This document shows positions 47,518-57,812 of a DNA stretch of 64,000 nt, in pieces. Position numbers and translations under genes: made by a program. A model generated the notes under the pieces. It saw nothing but the letters and a program-made list of their open reading frames with translations. It was not told where the DNA came from and ran no database searches. This DNA comes from Gammaproteobacteria bacterium. Its GTDB lineage: Bacteria > Pseudomonadota > Gammaproteobacteria > Eutrophobiales > Eutrophobiaceae. The stretch is from NCBI GenBank assembly GCA_965215365.1, contig CBDCDS010000003.1, positions 2,528,001-2,592,000 on the forward strand, written 5' to 3'. Every line of letters begins with the position of its first letter. Position 1 is the stretch's first letter.

Positions 47518-48495
47518 ATGGCAGTCAGTTTCAGCCAGTTTTCAGATGCCGTCGCCCGGGCCAATGTGCGCGACCGGGATGTCGTCACTGTAACCAAACA
47601 GAATAATCTCAAGCTGGGCAGCAGCCGCTTTCGGCTGTTGCGCTGGATCGCTAATGCCGGCATCGGCAAGCGGTTGCGCAACCGCAGGACTGTTGATGCA
47701 TTTATTCACTCTTTGCAACAGAACTTCGGCGAGCATGTGGTCGGGAAGATGAATCTCGGCCATTTGCAGCAACTGCGCAGCCGCGGCAAGCCGTTGAACG
47801 TGCGTTTTGTCAAAGCCTATCTGGATAATGCCAGGGAGGTGAAGCAATATCTGGACATTCGTTCCGAGCAGCAAGGCGCCGGTCACTTTGCCGACACCGC
47901 GCGGCGGCGTATTGAAGCCGGTTTGACGCAATTTACCCCCGCCGAGAGCAAGGCTTCGACGAAATATCCTGATTTTTTTGCCGAGCCGTTGCGAGACTTC
48001 GATCGCGATAACTACATTATTGACGGCGTGGAGATGGGGCGGGATACGGATGACACTGTACAGGCATTGCGTCGGCTTTGCACCGACAAGAGTGGCAAAG
48101 CCGACAGCAAGCTGCTTGAGATCGTGCAGGGGATACTTTACCAGCGCACCTTGGGCCTGGTGTTGGAAGAGTGCGTCGGTCGGCTTGAAGAGGACCACGG
48201 TGCTCATTATGCCGACGCTCCATTCCGGGGCTGCTATCCCGCCGGCGCCGACGCTGACAAGCTGTATCGCGCCGGCAAGGACCCGGACAGCGGCAAGCTG
48301 CAGCTGGACCTGACCCACAGCACCCCGGTGAAGGTCATCAGCCATACCCCCAGCGGCCAGGATGTGATGCTGGATCCGGAGCGCAGCCACTACGGCCTGC
48401 AACTGCGCATTGAAGTGGACCCGGCAGACTACCGCGTCAAGGTCACCCAAGCCGATTATCAATTTCAATTCACGCCCCAGACACCGGCGGCCTGA
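47518..48495 (+). CDS. Putative T3SS effector
   Basis: N-terminal domain paralogous to 42279; distinct C-terminal domain with RDFDRDNYIIDG. Confidence 0.65.
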   Translation: MAVSFSQFSDAVARANVRDRDVVTVTKQNNLKLGSSRFRLLRWIANAGIGKRLRNRRTVDAFIHSLQQNFGEHVVGKMNLGHLQQLRSRGKPLNVRFVKAYLDNAREVKQYLDIRSEQQGAGHFADTARRRIEAGLTQFTPAESKASTKYPDFFAEPLRDFDRDNYIIDGVEMGRDTDDTVQALRRLCTDKSGKADSKLLEIVQGILYQRTLGLVLEECVGRLEEDHGAHYADAPFRGCYPAGADADKLYRAGKDPDSGKLQLDLTHSTPVKVISHTPSGQDVMLDPERSHYGLQLRIEVDPADYRVKVTQADYQFQFTPQTPAA

Positions 48496-48524
48496 AGCCA
48501 AAGCCAGCAGGGGAACAGCACCGG

Positions 48525-49568
48525 CTAACGCAGCTGCTTGAGCAGTCTCAGTACCTCGGCAACGGGTTTGATCAGGTCATGGGGGATGTAGTTCTCGACA
48601 TTGGCCTGTTCGTGCAGTGAGTGCGCCAGCGGCACGTTCTCCATGATGGGGACGCCTTCTTCTCTGGCAACCTTGAGTAAACGCTGTGCCTGGGCGCCTT
48701 CCGCCTTGAAAGTGACGATGGGTAGCGGGGTCTTTTCCTCATCATAGAGCAGGCCTACGGCAATATGGGTCGGGTTGGTGATGATCACCGAAGAGCGCTT
48801 CACGTTTTTCACCTGTTCGCTGTTGATGATTTCACTGAATAGCTGTTTGCGCTTGCCCTTGATGTGCGGGTCACCTTCCGCCTCCTTATACTCCTGCTTG
48901 ACCTCTTCCTTTGACATCATCAGTTCCCTGGTGTATTTGCGCCGGGCCAGACCGAGGTCCACCACCGCGACCACGGTAAACACCAGCAGGGAGTAGATGA
49001 TGATATTCTTTAACACCGCCGTTGTGACAGGCAGGATGCAGCCGAGGTTGCAATCGGGCAGGCTGAACAGCTCCGGGATGTTATGGTACAAGGCAATACT
49101 CAGGATTGTGCCCAGCGCCACAATTTTAAGAATATTTTTCAATACCTGAATGACCGAGTCCCGGGTAAACAGCTTTTTGAGTTTTTCCACCGGGTTGATA
49201 TGACTCAATTTGGGCTGAATGGACTCAAACGCAAGCAGCGGGCCAACCTGGAAAAAGTTCAGCAGCAAGGCGGCGAGTGCGGCGGTGCCGACGACGATAA
49301 AACTTATCTTCAGCATGACGATTGCGCCGCTGCGCGCCGTGGCCACCAGCACGCTGCGCGTGTCGGCCTGTTCCAGGTGAGTGGCCATGAGCATGATACG
49401 CTCGAAGTCCTGCAAAAACGCCGCGCCGGCGCCAAGGAAGCACAGCACTACGGCAACCAGCGTGGCCAAGCTGCCAATCTCATTGCTCTTGGCAACCTGT
49501 CCTTTTTTGCGGGAATCCCGTATCCTCTTCTGGGTGGGTTGTTCGGTCTTGTCGGCTGAGCCGGCCAT
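48525..49568 (-). CDS. sctU: T3SS export switch SctU
   Basis: DKTEQPTQKRIRDSRKKGQVAKS, KEAEGDPHIK, NPTH autocleavage motif. Confidence 0.97.
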   Translation of the reverse strand: MAGSADKTEQPTQKRIRDSRKKGQVAKSNEIGSLATLVAVVLCFLGAGAAFLQDFERIMLMATHLEQADTRSVLVATARSGAIVMLKISFIVVGTAALAALLLNFFQVGPLLAFESIQPKLSHINPVEKLKKLFTRDSVIQVLKNILKIVALGTILSIALYHNIPELFSLPDCNLGCILPVTTAVLKNIIIYSLLVFTVVAVVDLGLARRKYTRELMMSKEEVKQEYKEAEGDPHIKGKRKQLFSEIINSEQVKNVKRSSVIITNPTHIAVGLLYDEEKTPLPIVTFKAEGAQAQRLLKVAREEGVPIMENVPLAHSLHEQANVENYIPHDLIKPVAEVLRLLKQLR

Positions 49569-49643
49569 ATTTTCCAGCGCGTTTTGACTTGACGGTTAAT
49601 CTAATTTATTTTTGTATGGGAAACAAGTTTCACAAATCGATTC

Positions 49644-51287
49644 GTGACTGAGTCCAGGTTCATATTAAAAATTCTCTCCGGCCTGCACGTGGGGGCGGAG
49701 TTTTCTCTGCCGCTCGGTGTCAGCCGTCTTGGTAAGTCTCCAGATTGCGATATTATCCTGCACGATCAGGGGGTTGCAGACGAGCATCTGATATTCCGCT
49801 GCAGTGGGCAGGAGACCTTGGTGGAGTGTCCGACACAGGAGTCTGCGGCCCTGCTGAATGGCACGGATGAGCTGCGCGAGCAGGGGCCTTATACGGTCAG
49901 CGAGTATGGCCTGATCACCAGCGCCGGTCTCTACCTGGCGTTGGGCACCGCCGACGCGTGCTGGGATATTCCACCGCCCGAACGCTTGTTTACGCAATTT
50001 CTTGAGGCTCGACGCGCGGCGCAACCGGCGCCAGGGTCGGTGCAGGTTGATGCCAACGCCGACCACGCGCCGCCGGGAGAGGAACAGCCGGCGGCGCAGA
50101 CTGAAGAGCTGGCGCCGGAGAATGGGCCGGCGCGGTCGGAAGATGAGTTGCCGGCACCGGGAGACGAGTTGGCGGGGCAAGCTGAACTGGCGGCGATGCA
50201 AGATGAGCCAGCCGCGCCCGGGGCTGACCCGGCCACCGCGCAGGACCACCCGGTAGCCGCGTCGGGTCAGGAGCCGGCTACCGCCGGCGCACAGCAAACC
50301 GGGCGGGTGCCGGGCGACCACGCCGCGTCGGGGGCGTTCCAACGATTGTGGCGGCGCGCGCCGCGGCGCGCCCGCGTCGCCGGTGCCGGCGCGCTGGCGG
50401 TCGTGGTGCTGGGCGCCGGGTTATTCTACTGGCACAGCAAATTGCAACTGCCGGTAGAAGTCGCGCACGAACCCGCCATAACACTGGCTGAGATCGAACG
50501 CGTCGCCGCCGATTTCAAGCTCGACGCCAGTTTTGAACTGCTCGATAAAAACCTGTTGCAAGTCAGTGGCTATGCGCTCAACAGTGACGAAAAACACGGG
50601 TTTGTGCGCGCCATGTATGCGCGCGGCATCATCGTTAAATCCCGGCTGGTGCTCACCGAGCAGTTCAAAAACAATATCCTGAATATCCTCGAACAACTGG
50701 TCAACCCGGCTCGCCATGAGACCATCAGCGTCTCGGTAAAACCGGACGATATCAGGACCCTGGTACTGCGCGGTTACGTGCAGGACGCCGAAAAGTGGCA
50801 GGCGGCGCTTGCCGAGACCCTGCGCCTGGTCGATGCCATCGCTTACGAGGATGAGGTTGTGCACTGGGATGACGGCTATCGCCACCTGCAGGAACTGATA
50901 CAGAGCCATGACGCGGGCGCCTTGCTACGCCTGCAAGACGACCGCGAAAACGACCGCATCCTGCTGTTTGCCACGGATTACCATAATGCCGACGAGCCGC
51001 GGCTGCAAGCGCTTGCTCAGGAGTACCGCCGGCGCTACGCTCGCCCGGAACTGCTGCTGTCCGGGCCCGGCGAGCAGGAAACGCTGAACCTGCCGGCATT
51101 CACCGCCAACAAAATCCTGGGTGCCAGTTTTAACGTCCTGAACTACGTGCTACTAGATGACGGGCAACGCTATTTTGTCGGTGCTCTCACCCCGGACGGT
51201 TACCGGATTGATGAAATCAATGAAACGTTTGCCATTTTTTCACTGGCCGGCGCGGACTATGTCCATTATTTCCAAACCATGCCCTGA
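49644..51287 (+). CDS. sctD: T3SS inner-membrane ring SctD
   Basis: FHA-like N-terminus (LKILSGLHVGAE, CDIILHD), long linker, one TM, BON-like domains, C-terminal DGQRYFVGALTPDGY.I..I. Confidence 0.88.
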   Translation: MTESRFILKILSGLHVGAEFSLPLGVSRLGKSPDCDIILHDQGVADEHLIFRCSGQETLVECPTQESAALLNGTDELREQGPYTVSEYGLITSAGLYLALGTADACWDIPPPERLFTQFLEARRAAQPAPGSVQVDANADHAPPGEEQPAAQTEELAPENGPARSEDELPAPGDELAGQAELAAMQDEPAAPGADPATAQDHPVAASGQEPATAGAQQTGRVPGDHAASGAFQRLWRRAPRRARVAGAGALAVVVLGAGLFYWHSKLQLPVEVAHEPAITLAEIERVAADFKLDASFELLDKNLLQVSGYALNSDEKHGFVRAMYARGIIVKSRLVLTEQFKNNILNILEQLVNPARHETISVSVKPDDIRTLVLRGYVQDAEKWQAALAETLRLVDAIAYEDEVVHWDDGYRHLQELIQSHDAGALLRLQDDRENDRILLFATDYHNADEPRLQALAQEYRRRYARPELLLSGPGEQETLNLPAFTANKILGASFNVLNYVLLDDGQRYFVGALTPDGYRIDEINETFAIFSLAGADYVHYFQTMP

Positions 51288-51309
51288 CGCGACCCTATCG
51301 TTCTCCCTG

Positions 51310-53628
51310 ATGTCAGCAGACCGGACTCCAAGACTAGAGCGCAAGCTCATCTACTGGTCGGTGCAGGTGTTCATCATTCTGTACCTGACGGTGGCCGCCA
51401 TTATCATCTACAAGGAAACCCTGGATTTCAATGCCGACACCGAATTTTATTCAGCCATTATCTCCGCGGAAGTCAGGGCTGATTTTCTGGAAAATATCCG
51501 CAAGTTCGAAAATTATGTCAAGCGCCGGGTAACGGATTTCCAGTTGTCGGCACTGGCGGCTGACCCTGCCGGAATGCTTGCCGGCTTGGCCCCGCAGGTG
51601 CCGCCGGGACTAGATTGGCTAGTCATGTCGCAAGAGACGCGCACCGACATCCGGGTGACCCGCTACCATGCCACAAGCCAGACCTTGGCACCGGCCAGCC
51701 GCACTGAGCCGGCCGACGCAATGTTGACGCAGACGCTGCAACGCAGGTTTTTTGACGGTGGCCTGAACGACGGCTGGGGCGCGCCGCTGTTGGGGAACGA
51801 TGCCAACTGGCTCTTGCCTTATGCCGTGAAACTGGACGGGTTGCGGTTGTTGATCATGCTGACGCCGCTGGAATTTTTTTTCAGCGGCACTACGGTCTGT
51901 TATGAGCAGGATGAGTTGCAGCGGTTATTGGCGACAGACCCTGACCCGGCCGCCGCGGACAATGTGTCCACGCCGCGCCTCGCAGCCGTGCGCAGCCTCT
52001 ATGCCGACTCCGCCGGCACCTCGGGAGCTTCGCTCGGGCACTGCCTTAACGTTATCGAAAAAGACGTTGTTATGGAGTTCATGCCGGCGGTGAAGTGGTA
52101 TGACCTGCTGTCGCTACCGGACTTTATCAGGACTTACTACCACACCGCAGTGCCCGGTCTGGTGCTTGGTATTGAGTACGACACCGCCGATTTGTATGAC
52201 GAGCTGCGAACTTACCTGCTCTGGGTGATGGCGCTGCTGCTCTGTGTGTTTGGCCTGATTATGCTGGTTATCCGGCGGCTGGCCAGGAAAATCCTGCGTT
52301 CGCTCATCGAGCTGCTTGCCACGGCCAGGGAAATCAGCGAAGGACACCTGGAGACGCGCCTGCCCGAGCGCCAGGATTACCTGGAGCTGGCGCAGTTCGC
52401 CCGGCTGGTCAACAACCTGATTGAACGCTTGCAAGTACAGGTGGAGCGGTTGCACCGGGAAACCATGAAATCCGCGGCGCTGGATAATGAGCTTGCCATC
52501 GCCGGCCGGATCCAGCAAGAGCTGGTGACACAATACGACCTTGAAGAGCTCAATAACCGTTTCAGTTGCGATATCGGCGCCTTCCTGGCGCCGGCCAAAC
52601 AAGTCGCCGGTGACTTTTACTGTCTGGCGCCGCGCCCGGACGGTAAATTGCTGTTTGCCATCGGTGACGTCTCCGGCAAGGGCATTGCCGCAGCTATCGT
52701 TGCCCGGGACTGTGTCAATCTGCTTATGACCAACGGCAAGCGCCTGGGTCTGGCCGACCTGTTGCAGGTTACCAACACCACCTTGTACGAACGCTTTGCC
52801 AGCCAGTCCATGTTTGCCACCTTGTATTGTTGTCTGCTCGACCCCAGGCGTGGTCTGCTGGAACACGCTGACGCCGGCCACGAAAACCCCCTGCTGTACC
52901 AAAAGCGCGACGCCGCCATTGGTCGCTTGCCCGTGGCGCGTAATATCGCACTCGGCTTTTTGCCCGATGCAATCTATGAGACCAGTGCGCAACAGCTGGC
53001 CGCAGACCATTGCCTGTTGCTTTATTCAGATGGTCTGGACGGCGGCCTGGAACAGATACGCGCGTCACGCGGGCTGCCGCTGGGTGTTACGCTGCTCACC
53101 AACGCGGCGCTGAAAAACGTGGAGATGCAAACGCTGTTGCAGTGTGTTTACAAGCAGGCGCTGGAATTGCAGGATAACCGCGCCTATGATGACATCACTA
53201 TGGTCGGCGTGTCCATGCAGCAACGCGGTTATAAATCCTTTCAGCTGCCGCCGGGGCCGGAGGCGGCCGGCACCGCCATTGTGCGCTTGCGTGAGCTGTG
53301 CGCGACACGCGCGCTGTCCGCCGAATGCAGTAACCGGCTCTGTGTCATACTGGATGAATGGGTGAGTAACCTGGTGCGCTATGCCGAGGTTGACAGCGAT
53401 ATTATCGTATCCTGGCTGGTTGCGGAGACCGAGGTTGTGCTGGAAATTGTCGCACGCTGTAATAACATTCTGAACCCGCTGCAACAGCCGCAGCCGGAGG
53501 TGGAGGCGCGCTTGCAGTCCGAGGCAGTCGGTGGTTTTGGTCTGCATATCATTCGCAAGCTGGCGAGCGAACTGGTTTTTGACGTAACTGAACGCTGGAC
53601 CAGGCTGGAGGCGCGGGTCGCACCATGA
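51310..53628 (+). CDS. Membrane sensor-HAMP-SpoIIE (PP2C) phosphatase fused to an RsbW-like HATPase kinase
   Basis: Two TMs, HAMP, ELAIAGRIQ, PAKQVAGDFY, IGDVSGKG, MFAT, LYSDG, DDIT; then LDEWVSNLVRYA (N-box) and VGGFGLHIIRKL (G2 box); start uncertain. Confidence 0.88.
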   Translation: MSADRTPRLERKLIYWSVQVFIILYLTVAAIIIYKETLDFNADTEFYSAIISAEVRADFLENIRKFENYVKRRVTDFQLSALAADPAGMLAGLAPQVPPGLDWLVMSQETRTDIRVTRYHATSQTLAPASRTEPADAMLTQTLQRRFFDGGLNDGWGAPLLGNDANWLLPYAVKLDGLRLLIMLTPLEFFFSGTTVCYEQDELQRLLATDPDPAAADNVSTPRLAAVRSLYADSAGTSGASLGHCLNVIEKDVVMEFMPAVKWYDLLSLPDFIRTYYHTAVPGLVLGIEYDTADLYDELRTYLLWVMALLLCVFGLIMLVIRRLARKILRSLIELLATAREISEGHLETRLPERQDYLELAQFARLVNNLIERLQVQVERLHRETMKSAALDNELAIAGRIQQELVTQYDLEELNNRFSCDIGAFLAPAKQVAGDFYCLAPRPDGKLLFAIGDVSGKGIAAAIVARDCVNLLMTNGKRLGLADLLQVTNTTLYERFASQSMFATLYCCLLDPRRGLLEHADAGHENPLLYQKRDAAIGRLPVARNIALGFLPDAIYETSAQQLAADHCLLLYSDGLDGGLEQIRASRGLPLGVTLLTNAALKNVEMQTLLQCVYKQALELQDNRAYDDITMVGVSMQQRGYKSFQLPPGPEAAGTAIVRLRELCATRALSAECSNRLCVILDEWVSNLVRYAEVDSDIIVSWLVAETEVVLEIVARCNNILNPLQQPQPEVEARLQSEAVGGFGLHIIRKLASELVFDVTERWTRLEARVAP

Positions 53629-53634
53629 ACTCTC

Positions 53635-54957
53635 ATGCGTTATAACCTTGCCTACATTACCGATACGATTCAGAAAGTGACGCAGGAAGCCCGCTTGTTT
53701 CAGCTGCATGGCAAGGTCACCAAAGTCACCGGCACCTTGATCCGGGCGAGTGTGCCGAATGCGCAAATCGGCGAACTCAGCGTGTTGCACAGCCCCAATT
53801 CGAGCGTCGATGTGCCGGCGGAAGTGGTCGGGTTTGACGGACGCGAAGCCATACTCAGCCCGGTCGGCAGTATGCTGGGTGTCTCCAACGCCACGCTGGT
53901 GTCGCTGACCGGGACTGTGCAGAGTGTGCCGGTGGGTCCGCAGTTATTGGGCAAGGTACTGGACGGCCTGGGTAATCCCATCGGTGCCCCGCCCATCAAG
54001 ACCAACATCTGCTACCCGGTGATGGCACCGCCGCCGGACCCGATGAGGCGCAAAATCATTGACAAGCCGGTCACCACCGGGCTGCGCGCGCTGGACAGTT
54101 GCATCACCCTGGGCGAAGGGCAGCGTATGGGTATTTTCGCCGCCGCCGGGGTGGGCAAGAGTACCTTGTTGTCAATGCTGGTGCGGCATACCGACACCGA
54201 GGTCGTGGTGCTGGCGCTGATCGGCGAGCGCGGCCGGGAAGTGCGCGAGTTTATTGAACATGACATCGGCACCGAAGGGTTGCAACGTTCGGTGCTGGTC
54301 GTCGCCACTTCGGATAAAAATTCCTTAGAACGCCTGAAGGCTGCCTACGTGGCCACGGCCATTGCCGAATATTTCCGCGATCAGGGTAAGCGCGTGCTGC
54401 TGCTGATGGATTCCGTGACCCGTTTTGCCCGCGCCCAGCGCGAGATCGGACTGGCCATCGGTGAGCCGCCCACCCGGCGTGGTTTTCCGCCGTCGGTGTT
54501 CAGCGAGTTGCCGAAACTGCTGGAGCGGGCCGGTAATTCCGACAAAGGCTCCATCACTGCGCTTTATACGGTGCTGGTGGAAGGCGATGACATGACCGAG
54601 CCCGTCGCCGATGAGACCCGCTCGATTCTCGATGGTCACATCATCCTGTCCCGGCAACTGGCTGAATCCGGCCATTACCCCGCCATCGACGTCACCGCCA
54701 GTGTCAGTCGCGTGATGCCGGCTATCACCGACCCGGAACACCAGCGTTTGAACCTGCGCATGCGCGAATTGTTGACCAAACGCAAGGAAGTGGACCTGCT
54801 GGTTAAGGTGGGCGAGTATAAGTCCGGGGCGGATAAACTGGCGGATGAAGCCATCGCCAAAAACGATCAGCTGGTTAAGTTTCTGCGCCAGCAGCGCGAT
54901 GACGTGGCGCCTATGGACGCGGCGCTGGAGCGCTTGCGCGCCATTATTGACGGTTGA
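53635..54957 (+). CDS. sctN: T3SS ATPase SctN
   Basis: [48 protein letters not shown]. Confidence 0.97.
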   Translation: MRYNLAYITDTIQKVTQEARLFQLHGKVTKVTGTLIRASVPNAQIGELSVLHSPNSSVDVPAEVVGFDGREAILSPVGSMLGVSNATLVSLTGTVQSVPVGPQLLGKVLDGLGNPIGAPPIKTNICYPVMAPPPDPMRRKIIDKPVTTGLRALDSCITLGEGQRMGIFAAAGVGKSTLLSMLVRHTDTEVVVLALIGERGREVREFIEHDIGTEGLQRSVLVVATSDKNSLERLKAAYVATAIAEYFRDQGKRVLLLMDSVTRFARAQREIGLAIGEPPTRRGFPPSVFSELPKLLERAGNSDKGSITALYTVLVEGDDMTEPVADETRSILDGHIILSRQLAESGHYPAIDVTASVSRVMPAITDPEHQRLNLRMRELLTKRKEVDLLVKVGEYKSGADKLADEAIAKNDQLVKFLRQQRDDVAPMDAALERLRAIIDG

Positions 54958-55438
54958 TGCTGCCGTGGTGCTGGAACAGATTCTAGGCATTAAACAACGC
55001 CGTGCAGACGCGACCGTCAGGACCGAACTGCAATCCAGGCTGGAGCTGGAGCAGGCCGCCGGCGCGCTGCGCGCCGAGCAGCAACGCAAGCAGGAGTACC
55101 AGGACTGGTCGGTCGGCGAGCGCCGGCGTCTGTACACGGAGTTGCAGGAGCACGGCGCCGTGACGTACAACGAGCTGATGCAGTGGAACGCGCAAGTGGC
55201 CGACATCAAACAGGGACTGCTGGATATTGAGGCCGGTATCATGCGGCTGGAGCAGGAGCGTCAGCAAAAAATGGACGCGCACCAGACGGCGCTGACGGCC
55301 AGACACGAGGCCCGCCGGCAGGTACTGAAATTTACCGAGCTGGTGGACGCGCAACGGTTCGACGCCCTGCTCGCGCGGCAGGCCCGCGAAGAAAAGGAAC
55401 TGGAAGATTTTCGACGCCCTGAGTCTCATAGCTATTGA
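54947..55438 (+). CDS. sctO: T3SS stalk protein SctO
   Basis: Coiled coil, [22 protein letters not shown]; overlaps the sctN stop. Confidence 0.8.
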   Translation: MTVDAAVVLEQILGIKQRRADATVRTELQSRLELEQAAGALRAEQQRKQEYQDWSVGERRRLYTELQEHGAVTYNELMQWNAQVADIKQGLLDIEAGIMRLEQERQQKMDAHQTALTARHEARRQVLKFTELVDAQRFDALLARQAREEKELEDFRRPESHSY

Positions 55439-55449
55439 ACCTGGACACA
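55416..55449 (-). repeat. Repeat family C, terminal fragment overlapping the sctO stop
   Basis: Reverse complement TGTGTCCAGGTTCAATAGCTATGAGACTCAGGGC versus 24167 TGTGTCCAAGTTCAATACCTATGAGCCTCAAGGG. Confidence 0.65.
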
Positions 55450-55452
55450 CTG

Positions 55453-55481
55453 TTGACAACCACTCGGATTTGTTGTACTAT
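55453..55481 (+). promoter_or_regulatory. Near-consensus sigma70 promoter of the sterol operon
   Basis: TTGACA-17 bp-TACTAT, 45 bp before the first gene. Confidence 0.75.
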
Positions 55482-55526
55482 CGCCTCGGTCTCAATTAAC
55501 AAAACAGTCAGAAGCGAACTCCTAAC

Positions 55527-56627
55527 GTGCCCACCGAAACATCAACCGCCTCAGCTGCGCCGCCGGTTTTCCTCACCGGCGCGGCCGGTCATGTCGGCGC
55601 CAACCTGTTGCGACGCTTGCTTGATGATGGCGTGCGCGTGCGGGTATTGCTGCGCCATGAGGACAATAACGAGGGCCTGGAAGGTCTTGACGTTGAACGC
55701 GTGTACGGCGATATCCGTAATCTCGATGAGACCCGGCGCGCGCTGGAGGGTTGTCAGGGTGTTTACCACGTTGCCGCCAAAATTTCGACCATTGAAGGCA
55801 ATCTGGCGCACCGCCGGGAAATATACGAGTGCAATGTGATCGGTACCCGCAACGTGCTGCAGGCGGCACGCGAAACTGAAGCCGGCCGGGTGGTAGTAAC
55901 CGGCTCGTTCAGCGCCGTGGGATACGATCTGGACAACCCGTCCGCACCCGCGCACGAAAACATGCAGTTCTACCCCATGGAGCGCACCATGCCTTACGAG
56001 CGCAGCAAGTCATTGGTGGAGCATGAGTGCTGGCGCGCCGCGGCCAGGGGCCAGGATGTGGTCGTCGCCACCTGTTGCGCAGTAGTTGGCGGCGCGGATT
56101 TCTTCCCGTCGCGCCTGGGCCGCACCTTGTGCGACTATTCCCACGGCAAACTGCGCGCGTATATCGAGGGCGGTTTCGAGTTTGTCGCAGCCAGAGACAT
56201 CGTAGCAGGGCATGTGTTGTGCATGCACAAAGGACGCTCCGGAGAAAAGTATATCTTCAGCAGCGAATACAAGACCATCTCCGAGATCGTGGCCATGTTC
56301 GAAGAGGTGTCGGGCGTGCCGCAACCCGCGCGCCGGATTCCGTCGCCGGTGATGCTGGTCTTCTCAGAGGTGGCCAGCTTTTACCTGAGTCGCGCGCACC
56401 CGGACTTCCCCCAGCGCTTTACGCCCGGCGCCATCCGCCTGCTGCGTAAGCGCCTGCATGCCAATACCAGCAAGGCCCGACAGGAATTGGGCTACCAGCC
56501 CACCAGCATCCGGGATGCCATGCACGAGGCCTACGCGTTTCATTATCACCAGCGCAAGGTGATTACCAATCCCGCGGCGCGACCGCCGCGCGCCAACGGC
56601 GCGGAATCGACGCATGGGGCGCAATAG
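55527..56627 (+). CDS. Extended SDR / 3-beta-HSD-like enzyme, SdmB-like sterol C-4 decarboxylase/reductase
   Basis: TGAAGHVG, YHVAA, YERSK (YxxxK); paired with a Rieske oxygenase in a sterol operon. Confidence 0.75.
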   Translation: MPTETSTASAAPPVFLTGAAGHVGANLLRRLLDDGVRVRVLLRHEDNNEGLEGLDVERVYGDIRNLDETRRALEGCQGVYHVAAKISTIEGNLAHRREIYECNVIGTRNVLQAARETEAGRVVVTGSFSAVGYDLDNPSAPAHENMQFYPMERTMPYERSKSLVEHECWRAAARGQDVVVATCCAVVGGADFFPSRLGRTLCDYSHGKLRAYIEGGFEFVAARDIVAGHVLCMHKGRSGEKYIFSSEYKTISEIVAMFEEVSGVPQPARRIPSPVMLVFSEVASFYLSRAHPDFPQRFTPGAIRLLRKRLHANTSKARQELGYQPTSIRDAMHEAYAFHYHQRKVITNPAARPPRANGAESTHGAQ

Positions 56628-56669
56628 GGCGGGTGTGCCATTCATTATCAATGCGCTTGAGAGGACAAT

Positions 56670-57812
56670 ATGATAAGCTTGGAAAACACACAAGTCACCG
56701 CTGTTGACGACTCCATGCCGGCATCGGAGGCGCCGCCTGGCTTCGCTGACGGCGGCACCCTGCGACAACAATCACGCGCGGCAGGGATGGACCCGGATTA
56801 CTGGTACGCGGTGGAAGAGGTGCGTAATGTCAAGCCGGGGCAGGTCGTGGAAGTCGTCTTCTGGAAACGTTCCATCGCTCTGTTTCGTACCGACGAAGGT
56901 TCATTTCACGCAGTTGAGAACCGCTGCATTCATCGCCAGCTGAAGCTGTCCCTAGGCAATGTGGAAGGTTGTCGGCTGGTATGCGCCTATCATGGCTGGC
57001 AGTATGATAAAAACGGCCGTTGTGTCGAAACCACGCACAACCGCTTCGGCAAAGAGCTCCCGGAACTTGGATTGAAGACCTACCCGGTGCAGGTGCGTTA
57101 TGGCCTGGTATGGTTGTTTCCGGGCGACCCGGCACAGGCGCAGCAACGCCAAATCCCGGAAATTCCTGAGCTGGAAGGGCCCGATCGCTGGGCCTGTGAG
57201 CCGCTGGTTCTCAATTTTTCGGCGCACCACTCGATGGTCATCGACAATGTCAGCGACTTTACCCACGCTTGGCTGCATCGCCGCTACAAGCCGTTTGAAC
57301 AAGGCGCAGTACTCACCGAGCACGAGGTCGTCGGCGACAATGTGCACCTGTCTTACGACACCAAGGTCGGACGCGGGCGCATCTCCGGACTGTTTGTCGA
57401 TCATGAGCGCCTCAATACCAACCACATGAAGCTGTGCTACCAGTACCCCTACCAGTGGTCCAACACCGATGACGAGATCAAACACTGGTTATTCGTACTG
57501 CCGATCGACGAGCGCACCACCCGCTCTTTCTTCCTGTTTTACTTCAAGTCGCTGAAAATTCCATTGCTGCCGATACGCATCCCCCGGATTGCCATGGAGG
57601 CGGTGATAAAGATCTCAAACCGCATACTGATCGGCCCCCTGCTGGACCAGGACCGGGTGGCGGTGGAGGCCGAACAGGAAGGTTATGACAGCCACTGGCA
57701 CGCCCGTTCCGTCGAGTATAACCCGGTGGTGCAATCGTTCCAGCGTGTGACCGTACGCAAGTGGCGAGAATACCTGGAGCGGACCTCGAGCAACGGCAGT
57801 GCTGATGCCTGA
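56670..57812 (+). CDS. Rieske non-heme iron oxygenase, SdmA-like sterol C-4 demethylase
   Basis: Rieske CIH...CAYHGW; mononuclear Fe motif DNVSDFTHAWLH; DQD; sterol gene context. Confidence 0.78.
   Translation: MISLENTQVTAVDDSMPASEAPPGFADGGTLRQQSRAAGMDPDYWYAVEEVRNVKPGQVVEVVFWKRSIALFRTDEGSFHAVENRCIHRQLKLSLGNVEGCRLVCAYHGWQYDKNGRCVETTHNRFGKELPELGLKTYPVQVRYGLVWLFPGDPAQAQQRQIPEIPELEGPDRWACEPLVLNFSAHHSMVIDNVSDFTHAWLHRRYKPFEQGAVLTEHEVVGDNVHLSYDTKVGRGRISGLFVDHERLNTNHMKLCYQYPYQWSNTDDEIKHWLFVLPIDERTTRSFFLFYFKSLKIPLLPIRIPRIAMEAVIKISNRILIGPLLDQDRVAVEAEQEGYDSHWHARSVEYNPVVQSFQRVTVRKWREYLERTSSNGSADA

Noticed and set aside
7984-55438. Flagellar export system
   Set aside because: Secretin, needle, gatekeeper, translocators and effectors are present; no hook, rod, flagellin or motor genes
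24167-55449. Inward-facing repeat C ends as the TIRs of one 31-kb transposon
   Set aside because: No target-site duplication and no transposase; more likely independent remnants
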